From: an uncultured Spirochaetota bacterium
Lineage (GTDB): Bacteria > Spirochaetota > Brevinematia > Brevinematales > JAOACQ01
Assembly: GCA_963796325.1 (NCBI GenBank)
Contig: CAWCLF010000001.1
Location: forward strand, 1,461,800 to 1,525,799
DNA length: 64,000 nt
Direction of reading: 5' to 3'
Made by a program: the position numbers and the translations under genes. The notes under the pieces are model-generated. The model ran no database searches, was not told the DNA's origin, and saw only the letters and a list, made by a program, of their open reading frames with translations. The stretch's first letter is position 1. Each line of letters starts with the position of its first letter. Shown here piece after piece: positions 1 to 9,110 of this stretch.

Positions 1-2
1 GC

Positions 3-770
3 ATACAATTCATATTCTGGAATTTTGATAAAAGAATAACAAAAACTAACGATCTCTTAAGTTACGACTATATAAGCCATGAATGCATATTATACCCTGG
101 AAATAAAGCCTATCTCATACCGCTTAAGGATTTTCAAGTCCAGACATGGTGGCTCTCCCTTCATAGCATCCGGGAAAACGTTCCTTCATATAATGATCTT
201 TCACATGTTGCCTGTCTTCAAATCCAGACCGGATATCGAACCCCGGTCGGCAGGAGAGCCGGATTTACCGTGAAAGGACTGGCGATCGGGCAGGATCATT
301 CCCTTTTATTCCTCCGGATTTTTATAGGCCTTGTATTATATTCTATAATAGCAATTGTAATATTTTTATTGGTCAGAAGGAAAAAAATTTCAATTTTAAC
401 GGTCCCATATGAAAAAGTCTCCGCTCAAAACAATTCTGATATCGAAAAGGACAGGATCATTCAATATTTCGCAAAGTCTTACAGCAATCCGAATCTATCC
501 CTTTCCGGAATGGCAAAAGATTTAGGCATTCACTATGCCAGGATTGGAAATATTATGAAAAGACATTTTAACCTCGGCTTCAGGCAGTACCTGAACCTCG
601 TGAGGATCTCGGAAACCAAAAGGCTGCTGTCGGCAACCGATCTGGGCATAACCCGAATAGCTCTGGAGGTAGGTTTTAACAACGTGACTCATTTCAACAG
701 GATATTTAAAATTATTGAAAGAATAACACCGAAAGAATACAGGAGAAAATTTTACGACGGTCCGAAATAA
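3..770 (+). CDS. AraC-family transcriptional regulator with N-terminal extracytoplasmic region and one TM helix (5' partial)
   Basis: The frame is open from position 3 to the TAA at 768-770, so the gene starts before the window, not at the GTG at 270. TM segment LLFLRIFIGLVLYSIIAIVIFLLV precedes an AraC HTH (LRISETKRLL...IALEVGFNNVTHFNRIFK). Confidence 0.85.
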   Translation: MQFIFWNFDKRITKTNDLLSYDYISHECILYPGNKAYLIPLKDFQVQTWWLSLHSIRENVPSYNDLSHVACLQIQTGYRTPVGRRAGFTVKGLAIGQDHSLLFLRIFIGLVLYSIIAIVIFLLVRRKKISILTVPYEKVSAQNNSDIEKDRIIQYFAKSYSNPNLSLSGMAKDLGIHYARIGNIMKRHFNLGFRQYLNLVRISETKRLLSATDLGITRIALEVGFNNVTHFNRIFKIIERITPKEYRRKFYDGPK

Positions 771-772
771 AT

Positions 773-1741
773 TTAACCTACGCCAAGCCTATTCTTTATC
801 CGCTTTAAAAGCGGCTTCTTGATATATTTCTTGATGGCCCTTCTCGGAAGTATGCAGTCGACGGCGGCGGGAACAGTTTCGATCTCGACCGGCAGGTTGC
901 CGGACAATTCCCCGTCAAGCTGGGTATAAACATAACGGTTCGAAGATATCCTTACGCTTTTAGCCTGGTAAACTGCCGTCCTCTTCATGAAAACAGGGAA
1001 AAAGCTCAGGGCGTTGAAATGGAAAAAGGTGAATGCCACGCGGAAAATCAGTCCGAGCATAGCCAGGTAGCCGCTCTTTTTATAAATAAAAACATCCAAT
1101 AATCCGTCCACCGGGTTTGCGCGGGGGCTGATCGTAAAATAAACGCCGTAACGGCTCGTATTCGATACAAGAACAAAAGTTCCCTTTTCCCTGATCTTTT
1201 TATCGATTACTACCTCTAACGGGGGGTAGCTGTATTTCATAATAGCTTTCAGAGCTCCGAGAATGAAGACGATCTGGCCGAGCCTTTTTTTTAAACCCAG
1301 GCTCTGTATCTGCTTGATCATGTAAGCGTCGAAACCCGCTCCGCACATCAATAGAAAATACCTGCCGTTGCTCTTTGCGGCGTCAAGCTTCAGGCTCCTT
1401 CCCTTCCGGATCATTTTGCAGATTTTCCGCAGGCTTCGGGGAAAACCCATTTCTTTGGCGAAAACATTTCCGGTTCCCCAGGGGATGATCCCCATTTTCT
1501 TAGTTGATCCCATCATGCCGTTGAGGACTTCGTTGATCGTACCGTCGCCCCCGGCCCCGATGATGCAGTCATAATCGGACAGGCAGGCCTCTCTTGCGAT
1601 TTTTTCCGCATGACCCTGGTATCCCGTGAATACAACTGTGAGCTCAAGGTTGTGTTTTTCAAAATAACCGCGGATATAACCGATATGATTATTCTGCCTC
1701 CGGGATCCGGAAACGGGATTAACAATAAGAAGAAATTTCAT
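773..1741 (-). CDS. Diacylglycerol kinase family lipid kinase (YegS/BmrU-like)
   Basis: Motifs IVNPVSG, GAGGDGTINEV, IPWGTGNVFA, QLDGE. Confidence 0.9.
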   Translation of the reverse strand: MKFLLIVNPVSGSRRQNNHIGYIRGYFEKHNLELTVVFTGYQGHAEKIAREACLSDYDCIIGAGGDGTINEVLNGMMGSTKKMGIIPWGTGNVFAKEMGFPRSLRKICKMIRKGRSLKLDAAKSNGRYFLLMCGAGFDAYMIKQIQSLGLKKRLGQIVFILGALKAIMKYSYPPLEVVIDKKIREKGTFVLVSNTSRYGVYFTISPRANPVDGLLDVFIYKKSGYLAMLGLIFRVAFTFFHFNALSFFPVFMKRTAVYQAKSVRISSNRYVYTQLDGELSGNLPVEIETVPAAVDCILPRRAIKKYIKKPLLKRIKNRLGVG

Positions 1742-1759
1742 AAAATTCTCCGGAATATT

Positions 1760-3481
1760 TTATCTCAAAAAAGTAGTCACAGGCATGCCCTGTTTTCCAG
1801 CGACCAGGGGAAAATTCCCGCGTATAAGCCTGTATATAGTTATAAGCAGGCCTGTAGTCAAGGAATTATACAACAGCCTGTCGATTAACCTATACCCGGC
1901 CTTCTTCCTGATAAAAAGGCCGAGAAGGAATTTCAGCAGCGGGGGAAAATAGGTTTTTTTAAAATTAATATAAAAATGATAGCCGTCAGGATAATCGGAC
2001 CTGTATTTTTTTAAAAGAATTTTCAGCTTTACAAGGGGTTTATCCCCATCCTTTCCGTATATGATCTTCCGGCTGAGGTAAAGAAGCCTGAAGGTCCTGT
2101 AGTGAAATCTGTTATCATACGGCAGATCGAGCGCGGAATTTAACGCCCCCATCCGCTTAATCGATAAAAGGCCCCTCTTTCCCTTTTCTATGGATTTTTC
2201 CCAATTGCGGGTGAATGAGCGGTAGGCCAGAATTACGAGGTTTGTCAGGGTAACCTGGTCCCAGAGTATGTGAAGCAGGGGGGATATCCTGATCTTATTG
2301 AAATAATATTCTTTTTTTGCGAACTCCGGATCATAATACAGGTCTTTAACCGCTATATCTGAAAGGAGCAGGAATTCATAGAAATTGCCGAACGATCTTT
2401 TACCCTTTTCTCCGTTAAGGTATTCCTTAAAATATAGCTTTGCAGCTTCTTCGGACGAAAGCCCGTCACGGAATATTTTTATAGTTGCGAAAGTATTAAT
2501 TTCGTTCCAGATCGAACTCTTTTTCATGAAGGTAAAATTCCTGAAAGCCGACCATCCCCCGGTCTGGCACCATACATATATTCCCACGATATCATCCCTT
2601 TCTTTTAATTGTTCATGGAAAAGGGAATAATCTTCGCCCGTATAAGAGGGGAATTCGCCGAATCCTTCATATTCCCTGCGGGTCTGGAGTTCTATGATCT
2701 TTTTCTGACCATTGATAAAAAAAAACGGGTTCAGCTTTAAATGCCTGAAAAAATCAGCCGTCCCGTATTTCAGCGATAATATGAAAAATGGGCTGTCGAT
2801 AGCGGCTGTCAGCTTATCCAGCGTTTTTCCGTTCCACATGAGATCGCCGATCGGATATCCCCCGGTCGTCCAGGTGCGGAATATCATCAACTTTTTCCTG
2901 TTTTCAAAAACCGGCAAAAGACGCCTGATCAGCGAATTTGCGTATTCCGGGGATTTAACGGCGACTGAACTCTTGAAGTCTCCTTCGACATCCACACCGT
3001 CCGCTTCGCCGATCCTGAAGATCACACCCTCTATGCCGGGATATTCATCGAAGAGAAGCTCCAGATACGATGCAAGGATCCTCTTCAATCCTATTTTATT
3101 GATTTTCATATGATTCCTGATAAATTCGTTGTAAAACATTATATCTGTTGTGACGAAAACCTTGAGTCCCGATTTGACCGCTTCGCCGATCAGGATTTTG
3201 AATTCCTTCGAGTACTTTTTCAGCTTATCGCGGAGCAATTTTCCATAGAAGGGCCGGCTTACCATATGCGCCATGTCGTCAAGGGCTACCGCGTTGTATC
3301 CCATTGAAGATACTTTCCCGATATATTCCTTGAAAAGCACCCTTATGTTTTTATGGTTTTTTTTATCGAACCTTCCCTCTTTTTCAAGACGGTCGAAGGG
3401 TGTTTTAGACCAGTTTATGCTTTCCCTGGGATGCCTTGTAAAAAAGGGGCTTGAAGTGTCTATGATGAATAATTCCGGCAA
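1760..3481 (-). CDS. Hypothetical 573-aa protein, possible glycoside hydrolase-like TIM barrel
   Basis: Long ORF 18 bp upstream of the kinase on the same strand; segments GVIFRIGEADG, LIFRTW, SLKYG, IELQTRREYEG. Function is inference only. Confidence 0.6.
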   Translation of the reverse strand: MPELFIIDTSSPFFTRHPRESINWSKTPFDRLEKEGRFDKKNHKNIRVLFKEYIGKVSSMGYNAVALDDMAHMVSRPFYGKLLRDKLKKYSKEFKILIGEAVKSGLKVFVTTDIMFYNEFIRNHMKINKIGLKRILASYLELLFDEYPGIEGVIFRIGEADGVDVEGDFKSSVAVKSPEYANSLIRRLLPVFENRKKLMIFRTWTTGGYPIGDLMWNGKTLDKLTAAIDSPFFILSLKYGTADFFRHLKLNPFFFINGQKKIIELQTRREYEGFGEFPSYTGEDYSLFHEQLKERDDIVGIYVWCQTGGWSAFRNFTFMKKSSIWNEINTFATIKIFRDGLSSEEAAKLYFKEYLNGEKGKRSFGNFYEFLLLSDIAVKDLYYDPEFAKKEYYFNKIRISPLLHILWDQVTLTNLVILAYRSFTRNWEKSIEKGKRGLLSIKRMGALNSALDLPYDNRFHYRTFRLLYLSRKIIYGKDGDKPLVKLKILLKKYRSDYPDGYHFYINFKKTYFPPLLKFLLGLFIRKKAGYRLIDRLLYNSLTTGLLITIYRLIRGNFPLVAGKQGMPVTTFLR

Positions 3482-3604
3482 TTGAAATCCCCCTTTTGCA
3501 ATTTTCCCGCTTTTTATCCTACGGACTGTTTTTAAAAATTGCCATTTTTGCGGCGGAAAGGAAATTTAAAATAGTTTTACCTCAGTTTCGCCATACCGGG
3601 AACC

Positions 3605-4960
3605 TTATTTTGCGATGAAAATTCTCGCATCGTACGCGGGGATTATAAAAACAGTGCTTGTTATTTCTGATGTTGAGTCTATATAATAAGCGCCGAAAGT
3701 TGCCGTAATATTAGTTGGGTTATTATTCAGTATTACGGTTCCTTTTTGGAAGGCGCGGCCGAAAGTCTCCGGACCGAAAACATTGGACAGTAAGGAACCG
3801 CTCGCGCTTCCCATATCGGCGTTATATTCGTCGAACCACCAGAGCTGGCCATGAAGACAGTCCCCCCTGTCGAAACCGGAGTAGCCGCAATCCAAAAGCA
3901 TGGAAGTTACAAGGCCTACTCGCATCCTCCTGAGGTCGTCCGGCGTAAGGGCGGTTAAACTCTGCGCATTTGAAGCATCCCTGTTGTACCTGATGTCGGC
4001 GTTTATAAAATAATAGCGGGTTAAATTATTCGGATTGCAGGCAAAAGCCGTGGATTGATATCCATCCCATACGCCGTAACAGTATGACGGGTTGCTTCCG
4101 TTAAAGCCATACCACATACCGGCGCCGAATTCGTTGCCGAGAGCGTTTTCATTCATATTTCCATTCGCATTGGTGAAATATGGGCAGTCTGCCGGCCATG
4201 GCACTCCGCCGTTTCCGGTAAAAATATAACCGGGGCAATTTTCCCTCAGGATCTGTATAATATAATCCAAGCCCTGTATCCAGCAGACCTGGTCATTAAT
4301 ATCGTAGACACCGTCTTCATTGATATCGGCAGTCTGGGGATTATCAGCGGCAGCCCAGCTTGGAGCCCCCGCAGCGAAATTATCGAACATGACGCCATCG
4401 TAAAGGCCCGGCTTAAGGTAGTTATTTGTAAGATAATTAATTGCATACTTCGGCCAGGCATTATTATCCTTCCAGGGATTCATCATATAACCGCCCCATG
4501 GCATGACGATCAACTGCCCGCTTACCATTTTTATGAACCAGTTGTCAGGATTTGATGCCGGAGGCAAGCCCAGGCCAATGCCCTGAGTGAGGTCCGGGCT
4601 CTGCCCGAAGGGGATCCAGGCCAGTATCTTGATATTGGGGTTTACCGACCTGATTTTTGCCAGTGATATTCCGACATTATTAACGACATCGGGATCAATT
4701 ATAAGGACATTCCATTGGCCAAGCCTTTGTTCAAGCTGGCTGACATTATCCTCGGAAGTATAGCACTGGAAGTAATTTACCAGTTTGGGATATTGCCTTG
4801 TAACCGTGCCGGTGGGGGGAAGCATGGCTCCCAGGACTGAACCAGTGTAGCTGCTGCTGCCGGAAGAACCCGAACCCCGATTCATCGCTGCACAACCGCT
4901 CCAGTCGATAATGATCACGGCCAATATAATAAGCAGAGCAAATCCTGCAGTATTTTTCAT
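3605..4960 (-). CDS. Lipoprotein, putative glycoside hydrolase (GHL15-like)
   Basis: Lipobox WSGC and a Ser/Gly linker; DGVMFDN and GYSGFDRG...WWFDEY motifs resemble the putative glycoside hydrolase family. Confidence 0.6.
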   Translation of the reverse strand: MKNTAGFALLIILAVIIIDWSGCAAMNRGSGSSGSSSYTGSVLGAMLPPTGTVTRQYPKLVNYFQCYTSEDNVSQLEQRLGQWNVLIIDPDVVNNVGISLAKIRSVNPNIKILAWIPFGQSPDLTQGIGLGLPPASNPDNWFIKMVSGQLIVMPWGGYMMNPWKDNNAWPKYAINYLTNNYLKPGLYDGVMFDNFAAGAPSWAAADNPQTADINEDGVYDINDQVCWIQGLDYIIQILRENCPGYIFTGNGGVPWPADCPYFTNANGNMNENALGNEFGAGMWYGFNGSNPSYCYGVWDGYQSTAFACNPNNLTRYYFINADIRYNRDASNAQSLTALTPDDLRRMRVGLVTSMLLDCGYSGFDRGDCLHGQLWWFDEYNADMGSASGSLLSNVFGPETFGRAFQKGTVILNNNPTNITATFGAYYIDSTSEITSTVFIIPAYDARIFIAK

Positions 4961-5179
4961 CTTTCCCCCTTTTAATCCGGTTTTATCAGGATTTATAAAT
5001 CCTTTTAAGTCTTTGGAATCATCTTTTTTTTTCAGATAACTGATTATACAATTTTACCTTTACTGAAACAACTTTTTGCAGGAAAAATACAGGCTAAGTA
5101 AAGTTCACGCTTGAATGTTATTTTCCGTCTCTTTTCTTTTGATTCTAATAGAAAAGAATGCCGCTGCGGCATCGTATTT

Positions 5180-5208
5180 TTGACAAATAAAGGATTTTTG
5201 CTTAGAAT
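5180..5208 (+). promoter_or_regulatory. Sigma70 promoter of tRNA-Tyr
   Basis: TTGACA (5180-5185), 17-bp spacer, TAGAAT (5203-5208), 19 nt before the tRNA. Confidence 0.8.
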
Positions 5209-5227
5209 ATCTTTCTATTATTAACAT

Positions 5228-5309
5228 GGTCGGGTACCCGAGTGGCCAAAGGGGGCAGACTGTAAATCTGCTGGCATCGCCTTCGGTGGTTCGAATCCAC
5301 CCCCGACCA
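5228..5309 (+). tRNA. tRNA-Tyr (GTA)
   Basis: Acceptor stem GGTCGGG/CCCGACC with discriminator A; anticodon arm GCAGA-CTGTAAA-TCTGC; long variable arm; T loop TTCGAAT; CCA not encoded. Confidence 0.97.
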
Positions 5310-5413
5310 CATGATCCCCTTACCTAATTCAAATCATATCAAATAGTTAGAAAAACCTTGGAATTCATTGTGTACGATTTGTAACCACTCAATTCAAATT
5401 TTGGGAGGTTATA

Positions 5414-6475
5414 ATGGGATTAATCCGGCGGTCCAACGGTTTTTATTACGTCAGAAATATCAGAAATGGGATCCTAAAGACATTCAGCCTTAAAACAAAA
5501 AACAAGCAAGTTGCAACAGAATTATATCAGGCATTTCTTATTCATCAAATGAGGCCAAAATATTTTTCTTCTGAGGGCTATCCATTTGATCAAATCCATG
5601 TTGAATCAAACCAGGATATTAAAATGATACAGCAAAGATCTAAAAATTCTTATGATAATACTTGGGTTGAGTATTTTGAGACAAATACATTGAACCGGTT
5701 ATCGAAATCACAGCTTGGGATAAAGAAACAAGTGTTTAATCATTTGAAGATGTTCAATTTAAAAAAGATGGATGAAATTGATCAGTCATTTCTCAATAAG
5801 GTTTTTGAAAATTATCAGACCAAGTATAAAGATGATAGTATCCGAAAATATATAACTGAAATTAAGACTTTTTTGCATTATTGCATAAAAAATGATTTGT
5901 TTAGCGAAAGTGATTATAAGAAATTATCTTTTATTAAGACAATTGCCAGGGTCGATGATACAGTAATTTCAGATGAAGATATGAAAAAAATAATGGATTA
6001 CTTGAAAGAAAATGAAATGGATTTCTATGTTTATATGCTTAATCTTATTAATCTTTTTGGAAGACCAAATGAAATCCCATTTGTCCAAAAGAAAAATTTT
6101 GATTTTGATAAAGGAATTTGCTCTGTATGGATGAATAAAACCAAGCGATTTAAAAAGGTCCTTCTGACAGATAAGGGATTTATTGAATTTATGAAAGAGT
6201 ATACTAAAGACCTTCAGGATAATGATTTTATACTAAAAGGTCATACACAAGGTCCTGAATATTATGGTAAAAAATTCAAGAAAATTAAAATAAAACTTAA
6301 TTTAAATATGGACTATTCTTTATATACGGTCAGACATACGGTTGGTACTAAGCTTTATAAACAGACTAAAGATGTTAAATTTGTTGGCAATCAATTGGGG
6401 GATCAAGTTGAAACTATCCTTAGACATTATGTGAACATTGATATGGAATACTATAAACAGTATGTAGATATTTAA
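5414..6475 (+). CDS. Tyrosine recombinase / integrase
   Basis: Starts 104 bp after the tRNA; catalytic set GRPNE (R), NKTK (K), YTVRH (HxxRH variant), ILRHY (Y); N-terminal arm-binding-like region. Confidence 0.85.
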   Translation: MGLIRRSNGFYYVRNIRNGILKTFSLKTKNKQVATELYQAFLIHQMRPKYFSSEGYPFDQIHVESNQDIKMIQQRSKNSYDNTWVEYFETNTLNRLSKSQLGIKKQVFNHLKMFNLKKMDEIDQSFLNKVFENYQTKYKDDSIRKYITEIKTFLHYCIKNDLFSESDYKKLSFIKTIARVDDTVISDEDMKKIMDYLKENEMDFYVYMLNLINLFGRPNEIPFVQKKNFDFDKGICSVWMNKTKRFKKVLLTDKGFIEFMKEYTKDLQDNDFILKGHTQGPEYYGKKFKKIKIKLNLNMDYSLYTVRHTVGTKLYKQTKDVKFVGNQLGDQVETILRHYVNIDMEYYKQYVDI

Positions 6476-6520
6476 TAAAACCAGAAATTTTTACCGAAAA
6501 TATTATGGTAGGAACTATTT

Positions 6521-6955
6521 ATGGTTGAAAAGACAAAAAATAGTTTTAAATATGAAGATGTTGATATTAGTTTTAATTATGATGAAATTAAAGAATATAT
6601 CAATGGCTTAGGTAATGATAACAAAAAGAAATATGATTTTCTAATTTATGCATTAAAAGAATTTAATATTGAAAATGGTGGATATTATGATATTCTTTCA
6701 GGTAACTTTATATCAGATTTTCAAATATATGATACGAGAAAGATTGTCGAAGAAATAAATTATATTTTTTTTTTAATTGAAGAAGAAAATAAGGATAAAC
6801 CAAACAATAAAAGTCCAAAAATCTTATGGAAATCTTCAAAAGAAAATTTAAAAAAACTATTTTTAAAGCTTAGGGATTTTAATTATATTGATAATGATAT
6901 GGACTTAAATGAAATGGTTAATGATCATTTTAGGAATAAAAAAGGTATTAAATGA
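6521..6955 (+). CDS. Hypothetical protein (RteC-like C-terminal motif, tentative)
   Basis: RBS GGTAGGA; KILWKSSKENLKKLF...NDHF segment is shared with the next gene. Confidence 0.55.
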   Translation: MVEKTKNSFKYEDVDISFNYDEIKEYINGLGNDNKKKYDFLIYALKEFNIENGGYYDILSGNFISDFQIYDTRKIVEEINYIFFLIEEENKDKPNNKSPKILWKSSKENLKKLFLKLRDFNYIDNDMDLNEMVNDHFRNKKGIK

Positions 6956-7379
6956 ACAACATAAAAATTCAAAAATTTAATTATAATAGCGATGAAATAT
7001 CTATTGATTATATTTCAATACGACAATATTCAGAAGGTTTAAAATCCCTTGAAGAGAAATTAAAATTTTTGACAAAAGCATTCATGGAATGCAAAAGGGT
7101 TTTGATTGAATCAGTAGATCCTCTTTTTTCAGATAATCCACTATCTGAAAGTTTATATAAGATAAATGAAGAGCTTGAATATATAAGATTAAAATTATAT
7201 CAGCAAGATAATGGAATCTCAAAGCCAATAAATAAAATTCATTGGAAAACTGACAATACAGCATTGATATATTTATATATAAGATTAGTTAATAAAAAAT
7301 TCTTTACTGCTCCCCATGCATTGGACAGGAATTGGGGTAAGTTAAGGTGGAACTGCTGACGTTCCAGACCCTCATAATT

Positions 7380-8276
7380 CTAAGCGCTCTTTTTCTTCCT
7401 GTCAACCAAATTATTATGGATTTCTTCAGGAGTCATATAACCAAGGCTCTGGTGCGGCCTTTCGTTGTTATAATATTCGAAGTACTTTTCTAAACCATAA
7501 TATGCATCATCGACAGTGGCATAAGCATTCAGATAAGCTTCCTCATATTTTACACTCCTCCAGAGCCGTTCCACGAAAATATTATCGAGAGCCCGTCCTT
7601 TCCCATCCATGCTGATCCTGATTCCTCCTTTTTGCAGGATTCCTGTAAATTCAATACTGGTAAATTGTGAACCTTGATCCGTATTGAATATTTCTGGTTT
7701 TCCCTTTGTGAGGGCTTCATTCAGCGCTTCTATGCAGAACCTCGAATCCAGCGTATTCGATAACCTCCAGGAAAGGACATATCTACTATACCAATCTATA
7801 ACTGCTGTCAGGTATACGAACCCTTTATCAAGCTTGATGTATGTAATATCCGTCGACCAGACCTGATTTGGCCGATCTATCACAAAGTTTTTCAACAAAT
7901 ATGGATATTTGCGATGCGCAAGATCAGGAATACTTGTTTTTTTCTTCGGATAAATAGCCTCAAGGCCTAATACTCCCATAAGCCTTCTTATCCGTTTCTC
8001 ATTGACGAAATGGCCTTTGCGACAGAGAAAATCCGTCATCTTTCGATAACCCAGGAAAGGATGTTTTGTATACTCCTTGTCAATCATATCCATATAGATT
8101 ATGTTCTCAGTGCTTTCCGAGGTTTCCCTATAGTACATCGAGGACCTGGGAACATTAATAATTTTACATTGCTTTACGACGGATAATTGATCGTTATTCC
8201 AGTCTATCATATTCCGTTTCTCACTTCTTGAAAATGCCAAGCTGGATAGATTTTTTTTTGAGCCAGTCGACCTCAA
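7380..8276 (-). CDS. IS3 transposase OrfB (DDE)
   Basis: WSTDITY, FNTDQGSQFTS, DNIFVERLWRSVKYE. Confidence 0.92.
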   Translation of the reverse strand: MRSTGSKKNLSSLAFSRSEKRNMIDWNNDQLSVVKQCKIINVPRSSMYYRETSESTENIIYMDMIDKEYTKHPFLGYRKMTDFLCRKGHFVNEKRIRRLMGVLGLEAIYPKKKTSIPDLAHRKYPYLLKNFVIDRPNQVWSTDITYIKLDKGFVYLTAVIDWYSRYVLSWRLSNTLDSRFCIEALNEALTKGKPEIFNTDQGSQFTSIEFTGILQKGGIRISMDGKGRALDNIFVERLWRSVKYEEAYLNAYATVDDAYYGLEKYFEYYNNERPHQSLGYMTPEEIHNNLVDRKKKSA

Positions 8277-8523
8277 CCTTCAGTTGGCCGATCTGCTGAT
8301 ACAGCTCTTCTTTTGTGGCTTCATCTTCTTTGGCCTGTTTTTCTTTCTTGCCAGAAAAGATGTCTGTCATACCTTCAAGAGCTTCTTGCTTCCACCTCGA
8401 TATTTGATTGGGGTGGATCTCATACCTCTTGGCAATTTCGTTTAACGTTTCCCTTCCGATAATCGCTTCCAGTGCCACTTTTGCCTTGAATTCTGCCGAA
8501 TGTTTTCTCCGCTGCGAACTCAC
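8221..8523 (-). CDS. IS3 transposase OrfA (HTH)
   Basis: RRKHSAEFKAKVALEA...HPNQISRWK. Confidence 0.9.
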   Translation of the reverse strand: MSSQRRKHSAEFKAKVALEAIIGRETLNEIAKRYEIHPNQISRWKQEALEGMTDIFSGKKEKQAKEDEATKEELYQQIGQLKVEVDWLKKKSIQLGIFKK

Positions 8524-9110
8524 TTTTTGCCTCCTTAATTATTTTACAATATTCGCAGCAGTTTTTCACCTTAACTGGCTGTCCAGTTTTTGGGGGGCAC
8601 TATATTCCTTGGTAATAAAAACAGTTATATAAATGATATTTATAATCATTTTGTAGATAAAAGTAATGAACAATTTGACAAAGAAAATTTAAAAACTCAA
8701 TATGGCCAAGTTAATAAAAGATTGAATTTGTCAAACAAAAAACGAATACGAGTTTATGAGATGGTAATAGATGAAATATTAGATCAATTGCCTAATCTAT
8801 ACAAAAAATCTACGGACTCATAATCAAGCAATGCCCATTTCACCAAATCGGGGATAATAGATTCATTTTTTCCTTTTTAAGGTTTTTATTCAAAGAATAT
8901 TCATATTAAAATCAATAAACCTTAATTTCCATTTTAATTAAAAATTGTTTTCTAATTTCATACTATTTCAAGAGTAATAAATATTTTTATATTTATCTAT
9001 ACAAATTACTTGGGGTAGATCATCTTTTCTTAACTTATTATAAAATTATATTCTGATTGAGAGTTTATTAACGATGTAAATCCTGGTCAAGGAAAGTCTG
9101 GAGTTCAGAT

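Larger units (their letters stand above)
7303..8604 (-). mobile_element. IS3-family element A (1302 bp)
   Basis: Imperfect IRs TTTACTGCTCCCCATGCATTGGACA / TATAGTGCCCCCCAAAAACTGGACA; 3-bp TSD TTC (7300-7302, 8605-8607); A9 slippery run at the end of orfA. Confidence 0.9.
6952..8823 (+). pseudogene. Hypothetical protein paralogous to 6521-6955, split by an IS3 element
   Basis: Removing IS 7303-8604 and one TTC copy restores the frame ...RLVNKKF-LGNKNSYINDIYNHF... to the TAA at 8823. Confidence 0.8.

Noticed and set aside
79-273. 64-aa ORF upstream of the AraC ORF
   Set aside because: It overlaps the open frame 3-770, which is the real N-terminal part of the AraC gene.
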